From positions 29,142,001-29,206,000 of the forward strand of contig NC_087436.1 of the NCBI RefSeq assembly GCF_036321535.1: a stretch of DNA of 64,000 bases. Reading direction: 5' to 3'. A program made the translations under genes and the position numbers. Below the pieces are notes generated by a model. It was not told where the DNA came from, did no database searches, and was given only the letters and a program-made list of their open reading frames with translations. Origin of the DNA: Camelus dromedarius (taxonomy: Eukaryota). How positions within the stretch are numbered: the first letter of the stretch is position 1; every line of letters begins with the position of its first letter. Shown here piece by piece: positions 11,311-23,669 of this stretch.

Positions 11311-13666
11311 TTTAAAAAAACTTCTTATATAAATAAGGGTGGAGCCACTGTATTTGCCTTATGTGTGTGCTGGTGACCCTGGAAACGGGGGATACAGGAA
11401 TGTCAGCTTTCCAACGTTTGTAGTCAGTGAACAGTTGGAAAATCACAAAGAAAAGAAAGTGGCCTCCTTGCTGTAGAAGATTATTGCATTCGAATACTTT
11501 GGTGGCACACTCTATCAGTTTGACACCTGTTTAGAAAATGTGTGTCATAATTTTAAGTAATTGGTATTTATAGATTAAAAATTTGTACCAATAATAAACA
11601 GAGTTGATAGGGCTTGTTTTTCAATTCTTTAGTTTTGTGCAATTCTCAGAAAAATAATGAAGCTATGAAATATGAATAAGAACAGAACTTAGGTAAGAAA
11701 ATAAGACACGCATTTTAAACAGGTCTGGGCCTGACTTATGGCTGATGAGTCAAAAGTATTGTATGGTAAGAAGGGGGAGAGTTCTGTCCTCTCAGATACT
11801 TTTCTTCCCCTTAAGACTAGGGAAAATAGAATTGGGGCTGGTATTTAGTGCCATGAAAAATCCATGCTATTTTCTTTCTATTTTGCGATTTTCTATTTGA
11901 CATACTGAAAAGGAAAACTGAGATAGCAAAGGAAGAGGCTTGTTTGAGGAAAAATTGAAACTAAATCCTAGAGCTTTGCAAAAGGACATGCTACTTGAAC
12001 GATTTGCATTTAACTCTTACCAGATTCAAAGCTCTGTATAAATAAAAATTCAATGAATGGAATATTTTGGGGGGAAAAAAGTTACTTTTCGGTCTAATTT
12101 GTTTCTAGTAAATGCAAAAGGATTTTAGGAGAGTAAGAGCTCTCCGATAAGTATCGCTCTCAAAGTATAGTGCATGCTTTTATATTGTACTTAATCTTGA
12201 ATGTCTACATTGAATTCCCATAATATCCTGAATTTTTAAGGCAAGTGTTTTCTTGCATAACCATATATTTCAATATTTTTTTTAAGTTGGATTGTTTTCG
12301 GGAAGACTGCTATCATCTATCTGCTGATTTATTCACTAAATAAGGTGTTTGAAGAAGCACCTGGCAAAGCATCATGTGCAAATAAGCCCACAACATATGC
12401 ATCTGTGAGTGATGGTGATGATGATGGCAGGTTATAACCAATCCTCTCTATTGTCCCTTTTTCCCTTGGAAAATACTGTCTTTACTAAATCATTGAAAAA
12501 GTCTTATGCATTATTATAAGTGAAATAATAGCACATAATTCACAAAGTTAAGGTAGCCTGCTTAGATAGCATAGAATTTTAAGTTTATAAATAAAATTGA
12601 AATGACTAATACATCTCACTGACTAATGAAGCATTTTGAAAAGCACTTGATAATCTCAATACAATGTAGATATATATTGCCTAATCTATGAAGGGAGAAA
12701 GGAACAAAAATAAAGTGTTCCAGGAAATGGTTCCTATACATATTATATGGGAACTGAGTCTATTGAATTTTATTACCTTTTGTTTTCCATTTCAATTAAA
12801 AATTTTTTCCAGCACATTTTCTAACCTAGATACTCTTAAAATCTTTGTCTTTTTATTCTTTAAAAATATTTATTGAGTACCAACCATACGCTGGAATTTT
12901 TCTTTTTAGTGCTGGAGATAACCCAGTTCATAGTTATTTCTCCTAACATCTCATCCAAAGAAATTGTATTCTTTTTATGGTACTGACTTAGTCATTTCCT
13001 ATAATTCTCAGTACACTATCTTGCCTTATTATATGTTTGTTGTATATTCTCTGATGCAGAAACTGGACTTTCAGCCCAAAGCAAGTATAGTTTCTAGAAA
13101 AAGCTTTTTCAGAAAAAGCATTTCAACAGCTTTTCGATGAAAAAATGTATTACTTCAAATCATCTTTTTGTGTGTGAAACCCCATCAAATATCTGCTCTG
13201 TCTGCACAGAATACTAGTATTTGACTGCACATGAAAGGTGCACACACACACCCCCATGGACAAATAGAATCAGATTTTCAGGAAAGTACTCCCACTTTTC
13301 AATTTTCCCCTTACCATTAGGATAGAATTAAACAGTCTTTGAGCTTTGTTGACCCTGGTGTAGAAGATGAAGCCCTTGGTGGGCTTAAGATCATTGGTAC
13401 TAGGATATGAATTGCCTTTTATAATGACCTTAGAACATCTTTTAATCCTGATTTCCCTTTGAGGGTTTTAATGCTTACCTTGCGATCTCATAAGTGAAAA
13501 AATATGTATGTGTAGGTGACAGTCCTTGTAAAATAAAATCTTAAAAAACGGTAACAATTTTGTTTCTCTAAATTTCTGTATTATAGATACAAACTCCAGT
13601 TAGGTATTTTTGTTCTTTAAGAAAGCATTTTATTTCTTTAAAGTTATTCATTACATATAATACATA

Positions 13667-14485
13667 TGGACACAGGTTGTTTTCATATCTTGACTGCCGT
13701 AAATAATGCTGCCAGGAACATGAGAATGCAGATATCTTTTCAAGTTAGTGTTTTTGTTTTCTTTGGATAAATACCCAGAAGTGGAATTGCTGGATCATAT
13801 GGTAGTTCTGTTTTCAGTTATTTTTGAGGAACCTCCATACTGTTTTCCTTGGTGGCTGCACAATTCCCAGACTCACCAGCAGTGCACAAGGGTTCCTTTC
13901 TCTCCTACATCCTCATCAACACTTGTTATTTCCACTCTTTTTGATAACAGCCATTCTAAAAGGCATGAGGTAATACCTCATTGTGGTTTTGATTTTTATT
14001 TCCCTGATGATTAATGATGTAGAGCATCTTTTCATGTGCCTACTGACCATTATTACGACTTCTTGGAAAAAAATGTCTATTCAGATCTTCTGCCCATTTT
14101 TTAATTGGATTGTTTCTTTTTTTGCTATTGAGTTTATGAGTTCTTTATATGCTTTGGATATTAGCTTCTTATCAGATATATAATTTGAAAATATTTTCTA
14201 CCATTCATCAGGATACTTTTTTGTTTTGTTGATGATTTCCTTTGCTGTGCAGAAGTTTTTTAGTCTGATGTAGTCCCACTTGTTTATTTTTGCTTTTCTT
14301 GCTTTTGTTTTTGATGTCAGATTCAAAAACTCATCACCTAGACCTATGTCAAGGAGCTAACTGGCTATATATTCTTCTAGGAGTTTTATGCTTTCAAGTC
14401 TTATGTTCAAGTCTTTAATCCATCTTGAGATAATTTTTGTCTGTAGTGTAAGACAGTGGCCCAGTTTCATTCTTTTGCTTATGAT
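13667..14485 (-). mobile_element. L1 ORF2 3' region fragment (L1MA9-like)
   Basis: Canonical antisense L1 motifs GGATAAATACCCAGAAGTGGAATTGCTGGATCATATGGTAGTTCT, CTCATTGTGGTTTTGATTT and TTCCTTTGCTGTGCAGAAG. The minus-strand translation [33 protein letters not shown] is ORF2p-like. Confidence 0.92.
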
Positions 14486-16086
14486 TGTCCGTGCTGGTGG
14501 GTCCCATAGGATTACAATCAACAGAGAAAGAGTTCTTAAGCAGCTACCACTCCCAGGGCACAGAAACATGCAACAGACACAGGGGCTTGGTCTTACTGTG
14601 AAGGAGACCTATTAGCTAATCATCATGCCTGTGGCCTGAAAGGCAGACTTGTAATTAGCCATGCATCTAGGGGCTGACTGTAATCCTTGCCAGAGACCTT
14701 AGGGGGCAGGTGCTGTCATACTTACTCATATCTGCCACACTCTAGAGAGCCAGTGTCTGCTGGAGGGGAGCTTTAAATGGTCCGGTGCTCGTTTTGGAGG
14801 GCTGACATCCAAAGGACACCCCTTGACCAGCCTGGTGGCCAGAGGGTCTTGCATCCCTGGATCCCATGGGACTATGTTAACTGGAGAGATAATTCTTGGC
14901 AGGCTACCACCCTTAGGGCTCCATGCAGACAGCAGACTGAGGCACACCTCCCAGTCTTCTGTAAAGGAGGCCTCTTTGCTTGTCCTGGAGCTGTGATCTG
15001 AGGGGCAGGCTTTAGGTTTGGCGCACAATTAGTGGCTTGTGGAGCTGCTTTTACAGATCATGGGCTGTGGACACCGTCTTGGTGCTCTCCTTCCACCTTG
15101 TTTCAGCTTACTAGTATCTCCCAGAAAGGGGCTCATACACTTCATCTGGAGGCCCAATTTTTGTGATTGCCTTTCAGGGGACACCTCCCGATTGGCTCTG
15201 GTGGCCAGTGGGCTTACTTTTGTGGCCCCTCAGGACTGAGTACTTTTGCATATTTTTTTTTCATTGAAGTATAGTCAGTTTACAATGTGTCAATTTCTGG
15301 TGTACAGCACGGTGTTTCAGTTGTACATATACAAACATATATTCCTTTTCATATTCTTTTTCATTATAGATTACTACAAGATATTGAAATATAATTCCCT
15401 GTGCTATACAGGATAAACTTATTGTTTATCTATTTTATGTACAATAGTTATTATCTGCAAATCTCGAACTCCCAGATCATCATTCTGAGTGAGGTAACTC
15501 AGAAAAAGAAAGAAAAATACCTTATAATATCATTTATATGCAGAATCTTAAAAAAAAGACACAAAAGAACTTATTTTCAAAATAGAAACAGACTCACAGA
15601 CATAGAAAATGAACTTGTGGTTACTAGAAGGGCAAGGAGGTAGAAAGGGATAAACTGGGAGTTGGAGATTTTCTTTTGCATACTTTTAAGAGCTGTTTCC
15701 TGAGGGTCTGGCTTCCAGTTCGCTGAATCTAGGTGCTGAGAATCTCACCTCTGGGACACTAGCAGCTCAACTACTAGGAGATAAAAATATAGTCAGCTGC
15801 TTGGACAAGTGTGAGAGCCAACCAAGGGCTGGTGCAGGGCTGATCCTCAAAGGTTCACCTACATGAGGCTTATCTGCTATGCAGAAACTAACATAAAAAG
15901 TCAAGTAAAATTAAAAATAAAAAAAGGAGAGAGAGAAATACGTTCCAATTGAAAGAACAAGATAAAGTAAAGCCTCAGGAAAAAAACTGTAATAAAATGG
16001 AGATAAGTGATTTACCTGATAAAGAGTTCAAAGTAATGGTCATAAAGATGCTTAATGAACTAGAGAGAAGGATGAGTGAACACTGA
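14486..16086 (+). mobile_element. L1 5' UTR (repeated GC-richer units) plus ORF1 N-terminal fragment
   Basis: 15934-16086 translates RNTFQLKEQDKVKPQEKNCNKMEISDLPDKEFKVMVIKMLNELERRMSEH*, typical of the L1 ORF1p N-terminus. Upstream units end in CTGAGGG(G/T)C(A/T)GGCTT, like eutherian L1 5' UTR repeats. Confidence 0.8.
15253..15672 (-). mobile_element. Young L1 3' fragment with 5' inversion (twin priming)
   Basis: PolyT plus antisense L1 3' end at 15253-15474, then sense L1 3' UTR at 15475-15671 (GAAACAGACTCACAGACATAGAAAA). TSD core CTTTTGCATA at 15243-15252 and 15673-15682. Confidence 0.92.
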
Positions 16087-16149
16087 ATTTTTAATTGCGG
16101 CTGACATTATTGTAACTAGAAAAATGAAAGAAAGTTATCACAATAAAGG

Positions 16150-16370
16150 CTCATGCATTTTGAGCACTAATTATATGGCAGACATTGTTCTAAATACCTT
16201 ATACGTAATTCATCTAATCCTCACAATAACCTTACAGCATGAGTGTTATAATTATTTCCATTTTTACAAACGAGGACCCTAAAGCACTAAGTTGAGTGTT
16301 ATGCTAGAATTAATGAACTTAAAAGTATTTGAACTGAATTTTGAACCTAGCTAGTGTGATTCCAAAGATC
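16150..16370 (-). mobile_element. MIR SINE
   Basis: TTGAGCACTAATTATATGGCAGACATTGTTCTAAATACCTT..TCTAATCCTCACAATAACCTT..CCATTTTTACAAACGAGGA is antisense MIR. Confidence 0.8.
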
Positions 16371-16807
16371 TGTTAATAAACTGCAAAGAACTATATCATG
16401 AAAAGGGGTTTGAGTCTCAAAAGTTTTTGATAAGTATTACTGTTTTCTCCGTATCTCCATTTCCAAGTGAAGAGTGACTATTCAGGTGGGGGAACTGAGG
16501 CTGTAAGAATTCAGGGGCTTGCTTACCTTAAGTCCACATAGCTAGTTGCCTTCAAATAGAGAACATGAATTCAAAGAGTTGGACTCTATATATTATGTGC
16601 TTTAAAAATGGCACCTTTAGCTATTATCCGAAACAAAAAAGGCAATCAATTCTGAAAACATTTGTTTACAGAGACTTAGTTATGGATGTAACTGTCTTTT
16701 GTGGCCCAGGTCTTTCACAGAAAAATTTGATATGTGTTTCTCAAAAATTATATTCCTTTAGTGATGCATGTTTCCTGAGTAAAAGCTAACACAGGTAATA
16801 AAAATAT

Positions 16808-16950
16808 CAGGTCTTTAGAATCAGAACAAACTAGGTCAATTTTTATTTTATCCACTGTGTGACTACAACCAAACTACTTAACCATTCTGATCCAAGTACA
16901 GATACATAGATAATTATTACTTGATCAGTTTCCAGGCACAGTGCCAGGCT
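16808..16950 (+). mobile_element. MIR SINE fragment
   Basis: TTAGAATCAGAACAAACTAGGT..CTGTGTGACT..ACTTAACCATTCTGA..GCACAGTGCCAGGC. Confidence 0.55.
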
Positions 16951-17103
16951 TGTTGGATTTCTGTGTCTCAGAAGGTCTTGTTTGTCTGTAGTACCCAGGG
17001 ACCACCCTTTACCTATTTTGTAATTCTGTTTAAGTTCTGTTTGGTTATGATTTTTAGGGTGCATTGATTCATTACTTGTACATTCTTTAAATGTAAATCA
17101 AGT

Positions 17104-17212
17104 ACAATAATGTAAATAAACTTAACATTACTGAACTGTACACCTAAAACTGGCTAAGATGATAAATTATGCTATGTATATTTTACCACAAATAAAAATA
17201 GAAAAAGAAAAA
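17104..17212 (+). mobile_element. L1 (L1MB/MC-type) extreme 3' end
   Basis: CTTAACATTACTGAACTGTACACCTAAAACTGGCTAAGATGATAAATTATGCTATGTATATTTTACCACAAATAAAAA followed by an A-rich tail. Confidence 0.8.
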
Positions 17213-19229
17213 CATACAAATTAAAATTTATTAAATGTTTCTATAACTTAAATCTACATGAATACAATCTTGACTATATTCACATTGCAGTATTTACAAT
17301 ACTCACATTAATTATGATTGTGTATCTGTGTTCCACAATATTTAATTTAGTAAATAACAGATAGAATATATCTCTAAGTAAGCAAATGACTTAATTTTTA
17401 TCATTATTAAGAAAATTGAGATCATTTATATCAATTAACATTTCCTGCAACACCATAGTTTTCCCAAAGTATAGTATGATCGTAGAATTTGTTGTCATTA
17501 CTAAGACAGTTTTGAAAGTGAGTGGGAGTATGGGGAACGATCAGACCAAGGCAACAATCATAAGCTGTAACTACCGTGGGCAGACCTGAACATAGAGTCA
17601 CCTTCTACATGCAGAGAGTGAAACAGAAGCCCACACTGTTTAAGTGCTAAATCAAAGAAAGTAAAAAATGAAATAAAATTAGCATTTATTTTATTTGAAT
17701 TTCCAACTTACTAAATTTTATTACCTCTGTTCTTTTCCAAAGCAATCATTTTTAATATAAGACTTGTAAATTGTGAATTGGTTTCCATATTAAAACTTTG
17801 CCATTTAGCAATATAGGTATGCAAATAAAAATATAAATATAACATGATAATTATAAAAATACTTTGTATGTCTATTATGTTATCAGAAGTATTATAAGCT
17901 GTACTTCTTTCGAAGGACTAAAATTCATGATGATTAAAATAATCCTTTCCTTGTAATTAGAAATTGTACAACAGACTACTTAGCTCTCTTGGATTTGCCT
18001 TTTGAAACTATAAAAACTATACAATTAATATTTCAAATGAAACTCTTAAATATTTTAAAAAGTGTATCAAATGAAACTTGAATATTTTTTCAGCCTAACC
18101 CAAATTTGTGTTGCATTATAAGATTTAATGGTGGTATTAATTTGTCACGATCAGTTGATTTGCAGAGCAGTGTAGTTATTTTTTAGGAGTCTGTATATAA
18201 TTTACTTCTAGTCGAAATGCCAGAAGGACATTCTAATGAAGTTTTTAATCTAAAAATGATACAACATAAAATATCTAAAGAAGTCTCATCAAAATTAGTA
18301 AAGAATTATTAAGGCACATAATTCTGAAGAGAAATAGCTAATATTTGACTGTCAGTCACTGCTGTAAACCATGTATAGCTCAAAGCCCATCAACTGATGA
18401 ATAGACAAAATTAGTGAAATAACTAGATTATGCTAATGTTGATATTAGTATTATGGTTTAACTTTTCAAGGTTGACATATTGACATTCCAACACATTTTA
18501 AAAATTACATACTTACGTGATTTTAGGGAATTCAAATTTTAATAGATATTATTAACTGTTTAATTTATAAAAAGTAAAAAGAAGCACTATATATTTTTTG
18601 GTTTAAAAACCAGAATTAAATGTACTAACATTTCTTAATGACAGTAACAGCCAGTACTTTACTATCACACTGAAATCATTAATTAATCAATTACTGAATG
18701 AGTGACTAGTTTATTTTAATATATAATCACAAAGTCTTGGTGTATATATAATCAAAGTGTATCACAATAATGTAAAATGCAGAAATCATTCAACATATTC
18801 TTAAATTGTTTCTTCAGTTAAAACTAAACCTACATGTAATGGTCAATAAATTTGAAGAAAAATGATTTATTACTGTAATTACTGATTCTTTTGTATAAAG
18901 ATAGATTTTACCAGGTATTGTTTTAGGCTCCAGGGTTCAGTCCTATTCTATTGTGTATTATGATTTATAGGCAAAAACTTCTATGATAAAAACTTCTATA
19001 AATAGTAAGATTTTGGGGGTTGAAAAAATGAGTAAATATTTTGGAAGGGGGGTCTTGAAGACCAGATTATAATGAGGAAAGGAAATGTGCCATTAAAATA
19101 TACGGAATGAAAGAATTTAGGGCCGTGGAAACATGAGTGTAAATGCCATGAGGCCAGAGTAAACATTGAGGAGGAAACAGGAAGGAAACAGAGGAAACAG
19201 GAAGACCAGAGGGAGAATTCCCACTGTTC

Positions 19230-19410
19230 CAGGTTCAGGAGTAGGTTGACTTGTGACCTTGGCTAGTCATTTCATGTCACTGAACTGCTGTTTCCTTAAC
19301 TGCACAGCAGAGACATAAATCTGCCTTAACTACTTCAGGGTTTTGAAGTGGTAATGTTTGTCAGAGTATATTGAAAATTGTAAACGGCTGCAAATGTGTA
19401 AGTTATTGTT
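19230..19410 (+). mobile_element. MIR SINE fragment
   Basis: TGTGACCTTGGCTAGTCATTTCATGTCACTGAACTGCTGTTTCCTTAACTG MIR core. Confidence 0.6.
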
Positions 19411-20471
19411 TTCGAACTGCTTTATTATATGATGTAACTCAAACAGTCTGGCCCCTGTGCCTGGTAGATGTTGCACTGAGTAGAGATGATAACTTGGTGA
19501 GGTGAGTAGGAGTGAAAATGACTTAATTTAGTCCATAGTTTAAAAGATATTTTCACAAGGTAACCATTTCGACTCCTCATGATTTTCTTTTCTAAGTTTC
19601 AGCTTATCAGTAAAAGGGAGTAATAAAGCCTAATTAATAGGTTTTTGAAAAAAATTAGTTGAGATACTGCATAACAGAGTGCCTTGGATATACTTATACC
19701 AAATAACTTTCATTGCTGTAATTGTCTATTTACTATAGTTCTGATCATGAGATGTACCAAAATATAATATATAATCTCATATAAATGTACATGTAAAGTT
19801 CTTAATCATTGATGGAGAACATATATACTATAAAGCAACCATATGCAGCAAAGAGAATAAACACACAAACTGTATTTGGAAGTCATTAAGAGAGTTTTGG
19901 AATAGCAGAGGCACTGAACTCATAACAGTCACATTTTTAGGAATGTTTTAAGAATGTTTTGATTAACCAAAGTAATTAAATACACACATCAGTGGCTTTT
20001 AATTTAAAAAGACAATCATGTTATTTCATAGACCTCTTGAGTCGTAACAAGGATGGTGATTTCATTTGTCCAATAATATTGTCTGAAATGAAATATTTTA
20101 ACAGTTAGAAGCATAGGGTGTGCTTCTGCAAAGGGTACAAAAACATGGAATTATATAATTTGGTGAATGTCTGTTTAGTAGCTAATCTGTATTAAGGTCT
20201 GTGGATCCAGTGGTGAAACAAAATTTCTTCCGCCATCAATATCACCTTCTAATCTGGGAACAATTGCCACAGACACATAGTTATGATGTAATGTAGTAAG
20301 GTAAGTGAAATTAGGATATACAGAAATCCGATTGTGGAGTGAGACTAATTAAGGAAAGCTTTTTGAATGAGGGAACTCAAGGTGAGACCTTAAGGTCTAG
20401 GATCTAGTCAGTCAAAACCAGGATTTGAATGTTATAAGCAGAGGGGAATCTACGAGCAAAAACATTACTAA

Positions 20472-20628
20472 GAGATATGAAGAAATGTTTGGAGATGATG
20501 CATATGTTCACTTTCTTGATTACGGTGATGTTTCCTTATGTTTGTACAAGTATCAGTACTTACCAAACAGTGTATGTTAATTATGTGCAATTTATTACAT
20601 ACCAATTATACTCAATAAAGCTGTAAAA
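20472..20628 (+). mobile_element. Old L1 (L1ME/MC-type) 3' end
   Basis: TTTGGAGATGATGCATATGTTCACTTTCTTGATTACGGTGATG..CCAATTATACTCAATAAAGCTG. Confidence 0.75.
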
Positions 20629-20872
20629 GCATTTAAAGAGATCGAACAATGACTGGGAAGTGAGAATGTAGGTTAGTAGTAGAGGGCCAGTCTTTTAATA
20701 TCCATTTTTTAATTCTAATTGAATTTTTTATTAAAATGGGATCTCTCACATATGTGCCAGCCACAGCCTACCTTGCAAGATAACTTAAGAAAATTTTGGA
20801 AGAGTAGATAATCCCCATAGCCTTTTCACATTTCTGAAATGTACACAAAGACTCAAAAATTCTAATTTAATA

Positions 20873-23645
20873 TTTTAACTTTAATTTTGAAATAATTTTA
20901 GATTCACAAGAGCACTGAAGATAATATAGAGAATTCTTGTATACTTTTAATTCAGTTTCTCCTAATATTAACATCTTGTGTAACCAGGGCACATTTGCCA
21001 GAACTAAGAGATTGGCATTGGTATATTATTAACTAAACTGTAGACTTTATGTGGATTTCACCAGTTTTTCCACTAATACAAATTTTTTCTTATTCCATGA
21101 TTCAATTCAGGGCCTACATAATTATGTTCAGTTTTCTCTTTTCTTTAGACACTTCCAATCTGTAATGGTTTCTCAGTTTTTCTTGTCTTTCATGACTTGG
21201 AAATTAAAGATTGCTAGTCAGGAGTTCTGTAGAATTTTGTAGAACGCCCTACAGCTTTGGTTGTCTTACAATTTTCTTATTCAACTAAGGTGGTGAATTT
21301 GGGGGAAGACTACCACAGGGGTGAATTGTCCTTTACATCATATCCAAGGGAACACTGTATTATTGTAGCTTTCTACTTGTGATGTTAATCTTGATCACTT
21401 GAATGAGGTGATATCTGCCAGGTTTCTATACTGTAAGTCCTCCCCTTATTTGTAATTAATAAATATTATGGAGAGTTAACATTGACACTATGTCAGTAGT
21501 CTGCTTTGCCTGAACCTTACAGCCACTTATTTTACCATTCATCAGTGCATCTTGCAAATGACTGTCTTGCTCTAATAGTGATTTTCTATTTCCTCATTCA
21601 TTCCACATTTCTAAATTGGAGAGTTGTCCTTCTCACCCATGTATTTATTTTTTCAATCAGTTATTTATATCAGTATATGAACTCATGGATATTTATTTTA
21701 TTCTTTACTCTGAAACCAATACTAACATCATTTACTTTGCTTTTCAAATTGTTTGAGCTTCGCACCTGGGGGCACTTTCCATCTGTTTCTTGTGTGCTCC
21801 TTTTGACGTGCTACCATCTTGTTGTTGTTAGCACTTCTTTATCATCTCACACAAGTTGCTCCAGACTCATCTTCCCCAGTCTTGGAAGAAATGTCAACTA
21901 TTTTCCCAAGGATCCTTTGTTCATTGTATTGGAGAGTGTCCAGAAATTGTGATTCTGGTGCTAGATACACTCTTTTTTTTTATTTTTTTATTTTTAATAG
22001 TAACTTTTTTTTTAACATTTTTTATTGATTTATAATCATTTTACAATGTTGTGTCAAATTCCAGTGTTCAGCACCATTTTTCAGTTATTCATGGACATAT
22101 ACACACTCATTGTCACATTTTTTTCTCTGTGAGTTATCATAACATTTTGTGTATATTTCCCTGTGCTATACAGTGTAGTCTATTCTACAATTTTGAAATC
22201 CCAGTCTATCCCTTCCCACCCTCCACCCCCCTGGTAACCACAAGTCTGTATTCTCTGTCTGTGAGTCTATTTCTGTCCTTTATTTACGCTTTGTTTTTGT
22301 TTGTTTGTTTTTGTTTTTGTTTTTTAGATTCCACATATGAGCAATCTCATATGGTATTTTTCTTTCTCTTTCTGGCTTACTTCACTTAGAATGACATTCT
22401 CCAGGAGCATCCATGTTGCTGCAAATGGCATTATGTTGTCGGTTTTTATGGCTGAGTAGTATTCCATTGTATAAATATACTAGATACACTCTTTATTATT
22501 GGGGCGTCATCACTTCTGGGCCTACTCAGTAGACAGAGCTAGGAAGCATGTGTACATGTACTAACCCATGTATACATAGATTTCCACATTTATTTCTGTA
22601 CCAATCTGCATGTGTGTGCATATATAAAATATATAATATACAATACATATCACATACACAAGAATAATATGTGATACACACACACAGAACTTGAGTTCGA
22701 GCTGATATCTGGCTACAGTGCAGCACCATAGGGTTCATTCTGTCAGTCCCCTTTCCTTTTTTTGAAACTTGTTTCTCCAACAGTAAGAAAATTTGCTCTT
22801 ATTGTCTACAGTGTATTTACTTATTTCTGCAACCCTAATATACATGTAGTTTCAGAATTGCTGACTCAAAGCCCTACATGAAAGAAATTTACTACCTAGT
22901 GTGCAGTGTTGTTATACAGTTCTCTTTGTCTTTATCTTTGCACTGTCCATTCAGAACACTGTTTTCCAAAGTACAGACATCAGCTTTTTTACTCACTTCC
23001 TTCAATTTGGTTATATCATTTATTTTTAATATGATTGAATTCATTCTTATATAGTTTGCATTCCATTGTGGGATCCCCGATACCACGGCTTCTGTTGTTG
23101 TCAATTTTAAATGTGCGTGTAGGAAAATTCACTGTCGGTAGAGTTCTATGGGTTTTGACAAAAGCATAGTCATGTATCTACCACAAGTACAATACAAAAC
23201 AATTCTATCATCCCCAAATGCTGCCCCTTTGTTGATAGCCTCTCCCTCTACCCCTCTTCCTGACAATCATTGATCTATTTCCTACTCCTGTTGCTTTGCT
23301 TATTCCAGAATGTCGTATAAATGAAATCATACAATATGTAGCCTTCGGGAGCTGACTTCTTTCACTTCACAAAATGCACTTACGATTTATTCGCCTTGTT
23401 GCATAAATCAATAGTTTATTCTTCTTGTATTGCTGAGTAGCATTCAATAGTATGAATGTTATCCAGTTTGTTTATCCATTCATCTGTTGAAGGATATTTG
23501 GGTTGTCTCCAGGTTTTGCTTGTTATAAATAAAGCTGGTATAAACTTTTGTGTACAGATTTTGTGTCAACATAAGTTTCTAATTCACACAAGAGGCTCCT
23601 AAAAATGGAATTGCTGAGTCATATGGTAAGTATTCATTTCATTTT
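20873..23645 (-). mobile_element. Old L1 (L1MC/L1MD-type) long 3' UTR, interrupted by a young L1
   Basis: TTTAATTTTGAAATAATTTTAGATTCACA.., GGATTTCACCAGTTTTTCCACTAAT, GATGTTAATCTTGATCACTTG, CAGTAGACAGAGCTAGGAA and GGAATTGCTGAGTCATATGGTAAGT are antisense L1MC/MD hallmarks. Confidence 0.85.
21976..22479 (-). mobile_element. Young 5'-truncated camelid-type L1 3' end
   Basis: T-rich tail then TTTACAATGTTGTGTCAAATTCCAGTG..TTAGATTCCACATATGAG..CATCCATGTTGCTGCAAATGGCATT. Perfect 15-bp TSD CTAGATACACTCTTT at 21961-21975 and 22480-22494. Confidence 0.95.
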
Positions 23646-23669
23646 TTGCCAGTTCTTTTTTTTTCTCCA

